From the NCBI GenBank assembly GCA_963760795.1, contig CAVXEP010000032.1:192001-256000 (forward strand): a stretch of 64,000 nucleotides of DNA. Reading direction: 5' to 3'. Below, in pieces: positions 53,544 through 63,379 of this stretch; position 1 is the stretch's first letter; the number at the start of each line of letters is the position of its first letter. The stretch comes from an uncultured delta proteobacterium (GTDB lineage: Bacteria; Desulfobacterota; Binatia; UBA9968). Position numbers and translations under genes: made by a program. The notes beneath the pieces were generated by a model. The model did not search any database. It had not been told where the DNA came from and was given only the letters and a program-made list of their open reading frames with translations.

Positions 53544-54290
53544 ATGGCGGTGGTGTCGAGCAGCGATTTCGTTAAAGAGATCCAGCAAATGGTGCGGGCC
53601 AAGCACTCCAAGCATCATCCGATTATCGGCATGATCGAAGACGGCAAGCTCGACCGCGAAGCGCTCAAAGGCTTTATCGGCCAGTTTTATTTATTTTTCC
53701 CCAAGCCCTTCCCGAAACCGATCGCGGCGATGTTGGCGCGTTGCCCGGACGATCCCGAGCTCGAAAAAATGTGGATCGAGAACGTCGTCGAAGAGGGCAC
53801 GGGAGAGATCACCGGCACCGATAGCCACAAGGCGCTGTTTATCCGCTTCGCCAAAGCTTGCGGTTACGCCAACAAGGAAGAGCTCGACCGCATCGAGCCG
53901 ACGCCGGAGACCCAGGCGTTTCTCGACTGGCGCGAGCTGTTGATGTCCCAACGCACTTGGCTGGAGCTCTATGCTTGCCAGGGATTCTGTCTCGAAGGCA
54001 CGGCGAACGAGCGCATGACGCGCATCGTCAACGGCCTCACCCAGCATTATGGCTTTACCCGCGAGTCGGAAGATATCCGTTACTGGACGCTGCACATGGG
54101 CGTCGACGAGGAGCATATGAAAGTCGGACCGCTGGCGGTGGAACGTTACGCCGTGACCGAACCGCAGCAAGTGGCGGTGCGCGCCGCGGTGTTGAAAACT
54201 TTAGACCAGTTCTGGTTGGCGTTCGACGGCATTGTCCGGGCCTACGTCGACAAAGATCCGCTCTACGGACGCTGGCGCGGCGGCAAGTAA
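53544..54290 (+). CDS. Heme-oxygenase-like diiron protein (TenA/PqqC/CADD-like)
   Basis: NVVEEGTG..DSH, CLEG, LHMGVDEEH ligand pattern. Confidence 0.75.
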   Translation: MAVVSSSDFVKEIQQMVRAKHSKHHPIIGMIEDGKLDREALKGFIGQFYLFFPKPFPKPIAAMLARCPDDPELEKMWIENVVEEGTGEITGTDSHKALFIRFAKACGYANKEELDRIEPTPETQAFLDWRELLMSQRTWLELYACQGFCLEGTANERMTRIVNGLTQHYGFTRESEDIRYWTLHMGVDEEHMKVGPLAVERYAVTEPQQVAVRAAVLKTLDQFWLAFDGIVRAYVDKDPLYGRWRGGK

Positions 54291-54300
54291 ACAAGGAGAT

Positions 54301-54963
54301 ATGTCTATGGAAATGATCGATTTGTCACGGCTGATTTACGACGGCATGCCGAAGATTCCGATCCTACCGGAAGTCCACGTGACGAAGTTTTTGAGCCTGG
54401 ATAAGGGCCACCCCTTGAACGTCACTGAGTTGTCGATGCCCTGTCATGCTGGTACTCATGTCGACGCGCCGATCCACATAATGCCCAACGGCAAATCTAT
54501 CGACGAGTTACCGGTGGATGCCTTCGTCGGCACCGGCGCGGTGATCAGCGTCAAGAAGAACGGCGGCGAAGAGGTGACGGCAAAAGATTTAGAAGCATCC
54601 GGCGTCGCGGTCAATCGCGGCGATATCCTCATGCTCCATACCGGCTGGGACGTGAAGTTCGACAGCCCGGATTACAATCTGCATCCTTATCTTTCCGTCG
54701 ACGCCGCCGAGTGGATGGTCAAGAAGGGTATCAAGATGTTCGGCATCGACTGCATCACCGTCGACCTGCCGACGCCGCTGCGGCCCAAAGGGTTCGATTT
54801 TCCGGTGCATCGAACCTTGCTCGGCAATAATGTTCTGATCGCCGAGAACGTCACCAACTTGGGTGCGGTGGTCGGCAAGCGCACGCGCATCATGGCGCTG
54901 CCGCTGCGGGTCAAAGGCAGCGACGCCGGCCATGCGCGCATCGTCGCTGAAGTTTTAAATTAG
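54301..54963 (+). CDS. Cyclase / kynurenine formamidase family
   Basis: HAGTHVDAPIH, GIDCITVD, HRTLLG..IAENVTNL. Confidence 0.9.
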   Translation: MSMEMIDLSRLIYDGMPKIPILPEVHVTKFLSLDKGHPLNVTELSMPCHAGTHVDAPIHIMPNGKSIDELPVDAFVGTGAVISVKKNGGEEVTAKDLEASGVAVNRGDILMLHTGWDVKFDSPDYNLHPYLSVDAAEWMVKKGIKMFGIDCITVDLPTPLRPKGFDFPVHRTLLGNNVLIAENVTNLGAVVGKRTRIMALPLRVKGSDAGHARIVAEVLN

Positions 54964-54993
54964 CGGTGTCGCCGGGTTGCTGTGAAGACGATT

Positions 54994-55067
54994 TTCACCA
55001 CGAAGGACACGAAGATCACGAAGTTCGGAAAAGTAAATTATTGAAAACCTTCGTGCCTTCGTGGTGA
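54994..55067. repeat. REP-like palindrome (CACGAAG family), copy 2
   Basis: ttcaccacgaaggacacgaagatcacgaagttcgga...cttcgtgccttcgtggtga. Confidence 0.85.
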
Positions 55068-55127
55068 GCTAAACATTTCTGCATCGCACAAATGTTTCAC
55101 ATCTGGCTGAAGAGCTTGAACTAGACT

Positions 55128-56096
55128 ATGGTAACGACCAAACCTATCAGTGGCATCATTGGCGCCTGTTTGACGCCCTTCGACGTGAATGATCGCGTCG
55201 ATTACAAGGCGCTTGAAAAGGAAATCGAATTTCTTATTCCCGACTGCGACGCGATCACGGTGGCGGCGGTGGAAGCGGCGGAATACACCATGCTGTCGCG
55301 CGACGAGCGCAAGGAAGTGCTCAAAGTCGCCACCGAAATGATCGGCGGCCGGGTGCCGGTGATCTTGGGCTGCTCCAGTCCGGCGCCGCGCGAGGTTATT
55401 GAACTCGCCGAGTATGCCGCTACGGTGAACGGCGACTTCATTCAGGTGCTGATGCCGCTGCGTCCCTGGGGCGGTCAGCCGACCATCGCCGAGCTCATGG
55501 AGTTCTACACCCAAGTGGCTTCGGCTAGTCCTTTGCCGGTTACTTGTTATCACAATCCCGGTCCGGGCGCCGATCCACCTCAGGATGCCTTCGTTAAGAT
55601 CAGCGAGATCGACAACATTCGTTACTTCAAAGAAAGCTCCCGCGACATCACCAAGATTTCGCGTTTGATCGAGCAGATCGAGCTGGCTGGGCGCGGTCAC
55701 TATTTTACCACTATGCAGCCGCTCTTGGTCACGCTCATGCTTGGCGGTTCCGGCGCCACCATGCCGCCGCCGGGGACGCGCATTGGCGCGCAGATCGTCA
55801 AAGCATTTCGCGCCGGCGATTTGGAGACAGCCAGATTTTGGGCGCGCTGCTACGCGTTATTTCCCGGGAAATGGGGCGCCTACGGTTTGCCGCCGGTGAT
55901 GAAGTCGGCGATGAAACATTTCGGTGTTGATCTCGGCCAGCCTTGCCGGCCGTATGCGCCGGTGAGTCCGCGCGACCATGAGCAGATTGGCCAGTTCTTG
56001 CGCCAAGTCGGTCTCATCGGCGAGTCCGGGCCATCGCCACAGGGTTTGCTTGCTGCCGGCGAAAAGCTCCGGCAAGAAGATACCTTCTTAAGATAG
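55128..56096 (+). CDS. DHDPS/NAL family aldolase
   Basis: LTPFD..RVDY, GGRVPVILG, CYHNP, Schiff-base FKESS. Confidence 0.88.
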   Translation: MVTTKPISGIIGACLTPFDVNDRVDYKALEKEIEFLIPDCDAITVAAVEAAEYTMLSRDERKEVLKVATEMIGGRVPVILGCSSPAPREVIELAEYAATVNGDFIQVLMPLRPWGGQPTIAELMEFYTQVASASPLPVTCYHNPGPGADPPQDAFVKISEIDNIRYFKESSRDITKISRLIEQIELAGRGHYFTTMQPLLVTLMLGGSGATMPPPGTRIGAQIVKAFRAGDLETARFWARCYALFPGKWGAYGLPPVMKSAMKHFGVDLGQPCRPYAPVSPRDHEQIGQFLRQVGLIGESGPSPQGLLAAGEKLRQEDTFLR

Positions 56097-56163
56097 TCAA
56101 CGACGCAGCTGCGGCAGTTTTGGATAAGCGAAGCCGGACGGCGTGGCGGAGGTTTGTACAATT

Positions 56164-56349
56164 ATGGAATGGCTTAAAGATCTTTCCGACAAATTGATCA
56201 TCTGGTTTTTGCGCGCGTTATCCGGCTTTGGCAAGGAACTCACCGCCGACGGCAGGCGCGAGCAGCAACTCTGGCGCGAGCAGCGGCTGAGAAATCTCCA
56301 GGGACTGGCGCAACGCTCGAAGCAGCGCTTTGGCGCTCAAGATAAATAA
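56164..56349 (+). CDS. Hypothetical small protein
   Basis: GGAGG RBS; 61 aa; directly upstream of the SQR-like gene. Confidence 0.5.
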   Translation: MEWLKDLSDKLIIWFLRALSGFGKELTADGRREQQLWREQRLRNLQGLAQRSKQRFGAQDK

Positions 56350-56373
56350 ATTCCGCGAAACCAAGAACTCAAC

Positions 56374-57531
56374 ATGCAACTCGTATCGCGGCGAAAAAAG
56401 ATTGTCATTTTAGGCGGCGGCTGCGGCGGCGTGGTGGCGGCGACCCATTTGGGCCGCAAGCTCGGCGCGGATCACGACGTCATTCTAATCGACCGACGCG
56501 CCGATCATATTTTCATGCCGGCGTTTCTGTTCATCATGATCGGCGAGCGCCAACCCCGCGATATCAGCCGGAATTTGAAAGTAATCGAGAAGCGCAACGT
56601 TAGAGTCATTCAGTCGGAGATACTTGGCATCGATCCGATCCGCCAGGAAATTTCTCTGGAAAACGAAAAGATCAATTACGACTACTTGATAACTTCGCTA
56701 GGGTTGCAGACCCGTCCCGACTTGGTTCCCGGCTTTGCTGACGCCTCGCAGCATCCCTGGGAGATGGAATCGGCGCTGCGTTTGCGTGCGAGCCTGGAAT
56801 TGTTTCGCGGTGGCAGGGTAGTCGTTGGTGTGCCGCTTGGACCGTACCGCTGCCCGCCGGCGCCCTATGAGGCGCAGTGGATGCTTGACGGCTATTTCCG
56901 CCAAAAGGGCATCCGCGACCGCGTTCAGATCGATTACTTCACTCGAGAGGCGGAACCAACCGGCGAAGCTCATGATCCGACGGTGTGGATGAATGCCGAA
57001 AGCAAACGGCGCGGCATCAAGCAGCACTTCGAGTTTGTCGTCCGGTCAATCGACCCGGAGAAAAAGGTTGTGCAGGGTTTGTACAATTACAGTGTACCCT
57101 ACGATCTGCTGGTCATGGTGCCGCCGCACCGGCCGGCGCAGGTGCTGCTCGATAGCGGTCTGGCCGAGAGCGAAACCGGTATCCGCGTCGACTACGACAC
57201 GCTGCAAACCAAATGGGACAATGTTTACGCCATCGGCGATTGCGCCGACATGCCGGCGTCGAAAGCCGGCGGCGTTGCGCACCAAGAAGCGGATGTGCTG
57301 GCGCATAATCTCGCCGTCGAGATCACCGGCAAGGGCAGACCGGTGGACCTCTGGCTGCACACCATATGACTACTCGCCTTCGGCGCTGGACGCGCCGCCG
57401 CAAACCGAACGACGTATCCTACCGGCTGGCCGCCCTTCGGCGTCACCGATCCGCGCACCTGGGGGCCGTCTAGGGCGATCTATTGGGCGAAGGTCGGCTT
57501 CGAGAAATGGTGGCTGTGGCGTTATTTTTAA
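56374..57531 (+). CDS. sqr: Sulfide:quinone oxidoreductase-like flavoprotein, probable selenoprotein (U332), 385 aa
   Basis: GGGCGG FAD motif, YRCPPAPYE, VYAIGD. TGA at 57367 continues in frame to LLAFGAGRAA...PSRAIYWAKVGFEKWWLWRYF-TAA. Confidence 0.85.
57381..57397 (+). promoter_or_regulatory. Bacterial SECIS-like hairpin
   Basis: CGGCGC-TGGAC-GCGCCG begins 11 nt after the TGA; G-containing apical loop. Confidence 0.65.
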
Positions 57532-57590
57532 TAGTTAAATGGACTCGTCTGTGGTCGAAACGAATCTGCTTATTGAATAACATCACTTTC

Positions 57591-57668
57591 CACCACGAAG
57601 GCACGAAGGACACGAAGGTTTCGGATGATTAAAATTCCGAATTTCGTGCTCTTCGTGCCTTCGTGGTG
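57591..57668. repeat. REP-like palindrome (CACGAAG family), copy 3
   Basis: caccacgaaggcacgaaggacacgaag...ttcgtgctcttcgtgccttcgtggtg. Confidence 0.85.
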
Positions 57669-57729
57669 AAGACAATCTTTGCTTCGTCGATTGCGGCGTG
57701 ATCACGCTGCTCTATTCACAATCGCCCGC

Positions 57730-59229
57730 TCAGGACCACGCTTGCTCCGCCGCGGCATTCTGCCCGGCGATTTTTCCCGCGACGAAACATTCGGTGATGT
57801 TGCCGGCTTCCAAATAGAGATGGCCGTAGATCGAGCTGATCTCGCCGGCGACGTAGAGGCGCGGGATCGGGCGCTTCATCGGATCGAGCACGCGTTGATT
57901 GACGTCGTGTTCGGGGCCGCCCTGAGTGTTGTTGACGATGGGCCAGGCTTCCATGACGTAGAACGGCCCGGTCTTGATCGGCATCATGGTTTTCGGCGGC
58001 CGTTTGTGGTCCTCGTCCTGGCCTTTGGCGCAGAGTTCGTTCCAGCGTTCCACCGTGGCTCTGAGCACTTTGGGATTGACGTCGATCTGCGCCGCGATGT
58101 CTTCCAGCGAGTTGCCTTTTTTGATCCAGCCTTTGTCGATCTCGGCGAGATTGTCCGCGCTCCAGCTGGCGTCATAACGCTCGTCATTGACGATGGGAAT
58201 GCCGATCGGGCCCAACTTGCGGCCTTCCTCGTCGAAGATCAGATAGCAGGGGATGCGCGGATAGTCCTGAATATCGGCGTCGTAGTATTCCAGCGCCCGG
58301 GTGCCGGTGTCCTGGGGCGCGGGCGGGTACTCGTCCATGAAGCGCTTGCCAGATTTGTCGACGCCGATCCAGATCATCTTGCGGTTCTCGTTTCTCGGTC
58401 CGGCCCAGACATGGCGGATGGCGAAGGGCAGTTCGGCAAACTTGAAGCCGTAGCCGCCGTGAAAGTGCCACATATGCCAGAGGCCGGCGCCGGCTTTCTG
58501 CGCCATCTTCAAGCCGTCGCCGGTGTTGCCGAGATAGACCGGATAGACCGGCTGGGCTTGGAAGTATTGCAGCTTCAGGGCATCGTCGTTTTCGTAGCCG
58601 CCGCAGCACAGAATGACGCCCTTATTCGCCTTGATACGAATCGTCTTGCCGTTATGCTCGGCGACCAGGCCGATCACTTCGCCGTCGCCATTCAAGACCA
58701 ATTCTTTCGCCGGCGTCGAGAGCATCACTTCGATGTTGCGCTGGTTGACGTTGTCGTAGACGACTTTGAACAGCCGCGCGCCGCCGCGCAGTCCTTTGGC
58801 CCAGGGGAATTCCTCGTAGGCTTGGAAGTCTTTGAGCTTGATCGAATCGATCTCGTTGGTGCCGGGAAATGGATAGGTGCCATGGCCGCGGGTCTCGGTC
58901 TTGGACGGCTCGGTGCCGCTGACTTTGGCGAGCTCGGTGACCCAGTCGATCATGCCGACCATCTCTTCGGCCATCTTGCGCAGTATGTCGTCCGGCGTGG
59001 TGCCGTTGCAGGTCCGTTGCAAATATTGAAAAGCGCCTTCGGCGTTATGCGCGAAGGCGACGCCGCCGCCGGAGAGAATCGAGATGCCGCCGGGGTGGGG
59101 CATTTTTTCGATCAATAAAACTTTCGCGCCGGCGTCGTGGGCGGTGATCGCCGCGATGCCACCCGCGGCGCCGTAGCCGACAACGAGCACGTCGACTTCT
59201 TTGTCCCAAACTAAATTCGCTGTTGCCAC
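57730..59229 (-). CDS. FAD_binding_2 flavoprotein (3-ketosteroid dehydrogenase / fumarate reductase-like)
   Basis: DVLVVGYGAAG, GGISILSGG, NTGDG, NTQGG, PIPRLYVAGE; GTG start with GGAGG RBS. Confidence 0.85.
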   Translation of the reverse strand: MATANLVWDKEVDVLVVGYGAAGGIAAITAHDAGAKVLLIEKMPHPGGISILSGGGVAFAHNAEGAFQYLQRTCNGTTPDDILRKMAEEMVGMIDWVTELAKVSGTEPSKTETRGHGTYPFPGTNEIDSIKLKDFQAYEEFPWAKGLRGGARLFKVVYDNVNQRNIEVMLSTPAKELVLNGDGEVIGLVAEHNGKTIRIKANKGVILCCGGYENDDALKLQYFQAQPVYPVYLGNTGDGLKMAQKAGAGLWHMWHFHGGYGFKFAELPFAIRHVWAGPRNENRKMIWIGVDKSGKRFMDEYPPAPQDTGTRALEYYDADIQDYPRIPCYLIFDEEGRKLGPIGIPIVNDERYDASWSADNLAEIDKGWIKKGNSLEDIAAQIDVNPKVLRATVERWNELCAKGQDEDHKRPPKTMMPIKTGPFYVMEAWPIVNNTQGGPEHDVNQRVLDPMKRPIPRLYVAGEISSIYGHLYLEAGNITECFVAGKIAGQNAAAEQAWS

Positions 59230-59257
59230 GATAAATCCTCCGAGGAGTAAAATCTTT

Positions 59258-59371
59258 GTTCCAAGGGTTCCAGCCGTTTCAGCTGTTCCAACCCCCACAT
59301 CTTTCCTCCCCCGCGACGCGGGGGATGAAGGAGGGGGCTTGAACGATTGGAACTATTGAAACGATTGAAAC
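59258..59371. repeat. Composite intergenic palindrome (9-mer arms plus GC hairpin)
   Basis: GTTCCA/GTTTCA 9-bp units, core TCCCCCGCG-a-CGCGGGGGA, then TTGAAC/TGGAAC/TGAAAC units in inverted orientation. Confidence 0.75.
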
Positions 59372-59383
59372 ATTTTGTCTTTT

Positions 59384-60493
59384 TTAGAGCCTTTCTTCGA
59401 GCCAATCCAACATGTACGGCAAATTATGCGCCCAGTAGTCGTGGCTGCAATGAATCCGGCCGCCGCCGTCTGTTTCGCCGTAGATTTTTAACGTTTTGTC
59501 GGTGGCGCCGATTTCATTGAATAACTTCTTCGCGCCTTCGACGGACATCAGCGTGTCCTTGTCACCATGGGTGATCAGCGTCGGGCAGGTGATGTTCTTG
59601 GCGATGCCGGCCATGGTGAAATCTTTCAATTGCCGGCGTGCTTCTTCGTGGCTGACGCCGCCGAGCAATCGTTGACACACCGGCTGTAGATGCACGCACC
59701 AGTCGTAGAGATCGTCCAAAATACTGTAGCAGCCGCTCCAGGCAACCAGTGCTCTCAAGCGTTTTTCGAAGGCCGCGACGCGCGGCGCGTAATAACCGGC
59801 CATGCTGATGCCAAGGAGCGCGACGCGGTTGGCGTCGACTTCCGGCCGTGAGACTAAATAATCGATGCAGGCTTTGCCGGGCACTTCGTAGTCGGGCCGG
59901 GTCTTGATGCCTTTCAGGTACATCGACGAGCCGCGTCCCGGCGTGTCGACCAAGAGCATCGCCCAGCCGCGCTCGAGCATCTGCTTGCCGCCGAAATATA
60001 TCTCTTCGGCGTAGGCGTCGGCGCCACCGAGAAAAAGTACCGCCGGCCATTTGCCCGGCTTGGGACTCACGGGATGGCAGAAATAGCCGTCGTACTGTTC
60101 ATCGCCGCAGCGCACTGAAATCACTTCGATCTTGGGGGAATTGAGATTAGCGGCGGCGCGAAACATTGCTTGGGACCGGCGAAAGCGCTCGCCGCGTTTG
60201 CTTTCCTCGGCGATGGTCAGGAGCACGTCGGACATCCGATAATAATTGCTGGCGTGGAAAAAATTCTGCCGCGCCGTGCCTTGATGGCCGGCCGCCATTG
60301 CGCTATGGGCGCGTGCTTCAGTCTTTTCAGCTAAGGCCAGCCACTCGCGCTCCCAGCCGTCCTTGTCGCCGGCTTCGACGTTCTTCATCGCCCGGGCGAT
60401 ATCGAAGACATCGCCGCCGCCTTGCTGCGCTTGCGCGACCAGGCGCAACGTGTGGCCGCCGAATGGATGGGTGGGAAAAAGAAAATCGAACAT
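59384..60493 (-). CDS. Alpha/beta hydrolase (FrsA / 2,6-dihydroxypseudooxynicotine hydrolase-like)
   Basis: GGADAYAEE, DTPGRG, GISMAGYYAPRVAA, HGDKD, IHC. Confidence 0.88.
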   Translation of the reverse strand: MFDFLFPTHPFGGHTLRLVAQAQQGGGDVFDIARAMKNVEAGDKDGWEREWLALAEKTEARAHSAMAAGHQGTARQNFFHASNYYRMSDVLLTIAEESKRGERFRRSQAMFRAAANLNSPKIEVISVRCGDEQYDGYFCHPVSPKPGKWPAVLFLGGADAYAEEIYFGGKQMLERGWAMLLVDTPGRGSSMYLKGIKTRPDYEVPGKACIDYLVSRPEVDANRVALLGISMAGYYAPRVAAFEKRLRALVAWSGCYSILDDLYDWCVHLQPVCQRLLGGVSHEEARRQLKDFTMAGIAKNITCPTLITHGDKDTLMSVEGAKKLFNEIGATDKTLKIYGETDGGGRIHCSHDYWAHNLPYMLDWLEERL

Positions 60494-60665
60494 GCTGCCT
60501 CCGATAGCGTCAAACTGAATAAACCTATTTTGAACGCTCGCCGCAAAGTGTCAGAATTAATCCGAATCGCAGCAAAAGTACAAGAGTTTGCACGTGGATC
60601 ATATGATTTTGTGTTGCGCCGTGGTTTCGTCGAAATACGGCAACGGTATCAGGTGGTGTGTGGAC

Positions 60666-60736
60666 AAATTCTCCATCGCCCTTTCTCAAAGGGGAATGAA
60701 AAGTCTCCCTTTGTAAAGGGAGATTTAGAGGGATTT
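60666..60736. repeat. REP-like double hairpin (CCCTTT..AAAGGG family)
   Basis: ccctttctcaaaggg and tctccctttgtaaagggagatttagagggattt. Confidence 0.7.
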
Positions 60737-60914
60737 GTTTTTCAAACGTCTTTGACGAAAACCGATCGTTGCAAAGTTAAGCTTGACAGTGGCGAGGGGC
60801 GTTGGTAGTTGTCTCATCACAACAAGATTTCCTCAACTTTGATAATCTCTCGCGATTCAGAGCAGCAGTGCAAGGAGCGCGGCGTGATATTTAAAGGGGA
60901 ATTAGGTGGCGAAG

Positions 60915-60960
60915 AGCCGGTTGCTTTTGCGACATGTCGCGGGAGCTGGCCGGCTTTTTT
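60915..60960 (+). terminator. Long intrinsic terminator hairpin
   Basis: AGCCGGTTGCTTTTGCGACA/TGTCGCGGGAGCTGGCCGGC followed by T6. Confidence 0.7.
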
Positions 60961-60994
60961 ATTTGGCACGTGCGAGCTCACTGTGAATTTGGTT

Positions 60995-61069
60995 TTCACT
61001 GCGAAGGAGGCGAAGGGTTCGGATGATTAAATCTCCGAACTTCGTGCTCTTCGTGTCCGTCGTAGTGAA
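60995..61069. repeat. REP-like palindrome (CACGAAG family), degenerate copy 4
   Basis: ttcactgcgaag...ttcggatgattaaatctccgaacttcgtgctcttcgtg...gtgaa. Confidence 0.75.
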
Positions 61070-61149
61070 CAAGACCATCTGAACGGCACCGATAATTCAC
61101 GTCAAGGCGTGAAGAGCCATTCAATTGGTCAATCAGCCGGGAGGTTTCA

Positions 61150-61467
61150 ATGGCGACTTATGTTTCGCTGGTAAACTTTACCGAAGAAGGCGCGCGTCAT
61201 ATCCGCCACACCACCGAGCGCGCCAAAGGGCTAGTCAATGCGGCGGCTAATCTTGGCATCAAGATCAAAGATATTTACTGGACCATGGGCGTATTTGACG
61301 CGGTGTTTACCGCCGATGCGCCGGACGATGAGACGATGACGGCGTTCGCCATAAGCATGGCGTCTCTCGGTAATATCCGCACGCAGACCCTGAGAGCCTT
61401 TTCCGTTAGTGAAATGAGCAAGATTGTCGCAATGCTTCCGGCAACCGATGTGACTGCGACCAAATGA
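61150..61467 (+). CDS. GYD domain protein
   Basis: MATYVSLVNFTEEG, YWTMGVFDAV, GNIRTQTLRAF. Confidence 0.88.
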   Translation: MATYVSLVNFTEEGARHIRHTTERAKGLVNAAANLGIKIKDIYWTMGVFDAVFTADAPDDETMTAFAISMASLGNIRTQTLRAFSVSEMSKIVAMLPATDVTATK

Positions 61468-61500
61468 AGGCTTAACAACCGGTCAGAGGAGGTCTTGAGT

Positions 61501-63292
61501 ATGGCGAAAGTCGATCTTTCCATCGCAATTGGCGGCGCAGCCGGCCAGGGCATCGCCACGCCCGGCGATATCCTGGCGCGCATCTTCGTGCGCCGCGGGT
61601 TGCATCTAAACGCCTACAACGCCTATCAGTCGATTGTGCGCGGCGGTCATATTTTTCTCACCCTGCGCACCAGCGACGCGCCGGTGCTGAGCTTCGGCGA
61701 CAAGCTCGATGTTTTAATCGCGCTCAATCAAGATACCATGAATCGCCATCTCGGCTTGATGACGCCGGGCTCTTCGGTGCTTTACAACAAGGACAAGATC
61801 AAACCTGGACGCTGCTCGGCCGGGCGTCCAGCTTTGCGGTTTCTCGGTGAAGGAACTGGCGCCGGCGGTCCGAGGCGATTTGGTGCAGAATACCATTGCG
61901 TTGGCCGCGGTGCTGCAGTTGATCGGCGTCGAATTTAAAATTCTCGAAGAGATACTCACCTTGCAGTTCAAGCGAAAGGGCGACGCGGTGGTCGCCGAAA
62001 ACGTCGGCGTGGCGCGCGCCGGTTACGATTACGCCGCGGCGCAATTCAAGTCCTTGCCGGTCACGCTGCCGGATACCGGCAAAAGACTTGCGTTCTTCGA
62101 AGGCAACCAGGCGTTGGCCATGGGCGGCGCGGCGGCGGGAGTTCGATTTTACTGCGCCTATCCGATGAGCCCGGCCTCCGGCGTGTTGCACTGGATGGCG
62201 CGCCACGCGCGCCAATTGGACATCATGGTGCGCCAAGTGGAGGACGAGATCGGTGTCATCAATATGGCCATCGGCGCCGCCCACGCCGGCTGCCGCGCCA
62301 TGTGCGCGACCTCAGGTGGCGGGTTCGCTTTGATGACCGAGGGACTGGGCGCCGCGGCGATGATGGAAATCCCCGTTGTCTGTATCAACGTGCAGCGCGC
62401 CGGGCCGGCCACCGGCGTGCCGACGAAAACCGAGCAGGGCGATTTGTGGCAAGTGTTGGGTGCGGGGCAAGGAGATTATCCGCGCATCATCGTGGCGCCG
62501 ACAACGATCCCGGATTGTTTCAAAACGGTACCGAAACTTTTTAACCTAGTCGATAAGTTTCAGTGCCCCGGTATCATCTTGTCGGATTTACTTCTCTCCG
62601 AGGGCAGATCGAGCGTCGACCCGGCGGAGTTGGATTTCAATGTAGCGATCGAGCGCGGTGAGGTGATCGGCCTAAACGGCGCGACGCCGCCGCTCAACGG
62701 CGGCTACAAACGTTATGAGATCAACGACAGCGGCATCTCGCCGCGCGCGCTGCCGGGCACGCTGGGGTTCGAGCATGTGGTCGCCACCGACGATCACGAT
62801 GAAGACGGCGTGCTGATCAGCGACGAGTACACCAATCCGCACAAGCGCCAGGCGATGCATGAGAAGCGCATGCGCAAGATGGATTCGATTCTGCCGCTGC
62901 TCGACGCGCCCAAGCTCTGGGGCGCCGCTGACGCGCAAGTCACGCTGGTCGGCTGGGGCTCCACCGAAGGGGTCGTCCAGGAGGCGATCCAGAAGCTGGC
63001 CGACGAGGAAGGCATCGCCGCCAATCAGCTGCAGATCAAATGGCTCGTGCCGTTACATGGCGAAGCGATCGTTTCGACTCTGGCAAAGAGCAAGAAAACC
63101 ATCATCGTCGAGAACAACTATAGCGGCCAGTTCGCGCGTTATTTACGGTCGGAGACCGGCATCGTCGCCGACGGTCATATTCGCAAATATGACGGCGAAC
63201 CGTTCATGCCTCATCATATTGTCGATGGTGTGAAAGCGATCTTGGCCGGCGGAACGAAACAATATGTGCCGGTGCATGAAATTATGGTCTAA
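61501..63292 (+). CDS. korA: 2-oxoacid:ferredoxin oxidoreductase alpha subunit (frameshift near 61810)
   Basis: IGGAAGQGI, YQSIVRGGH, then GNQALAMG, AYPMSPAS, QVEDEIG, TSGGGFALMTEG, VENNYSGQF. Confidence 0.92.
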
Positions 63293-63302
63293 CAAATCCT
63301 TG

Positions 63303-63363
63303 TTTCGAGTCTCGTGTTCCGGGTTTCGGGTTGAACTCGAAACGCAAAACTCGTAACCCGAAA
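63303..63363. repeat. Heptamer tandem inverted repeat
   Basis: TTTCGAG TCTCGTG TTCCGGG TTTCGGG / CTCGAAA CGCAAAA CTCGTAA CCCGAAA. Confidence 0.75.
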
Positions 63364-63379
63364 TAATCAAAAGGAGCGA

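Noticed and set aside
57679-59118. 479-aa plus-strand ORF (likewise 32316-33308, 20317-21246, 26047-26850)
   Set aside because: Antisense shadows of GC-rich, well-supported genes.
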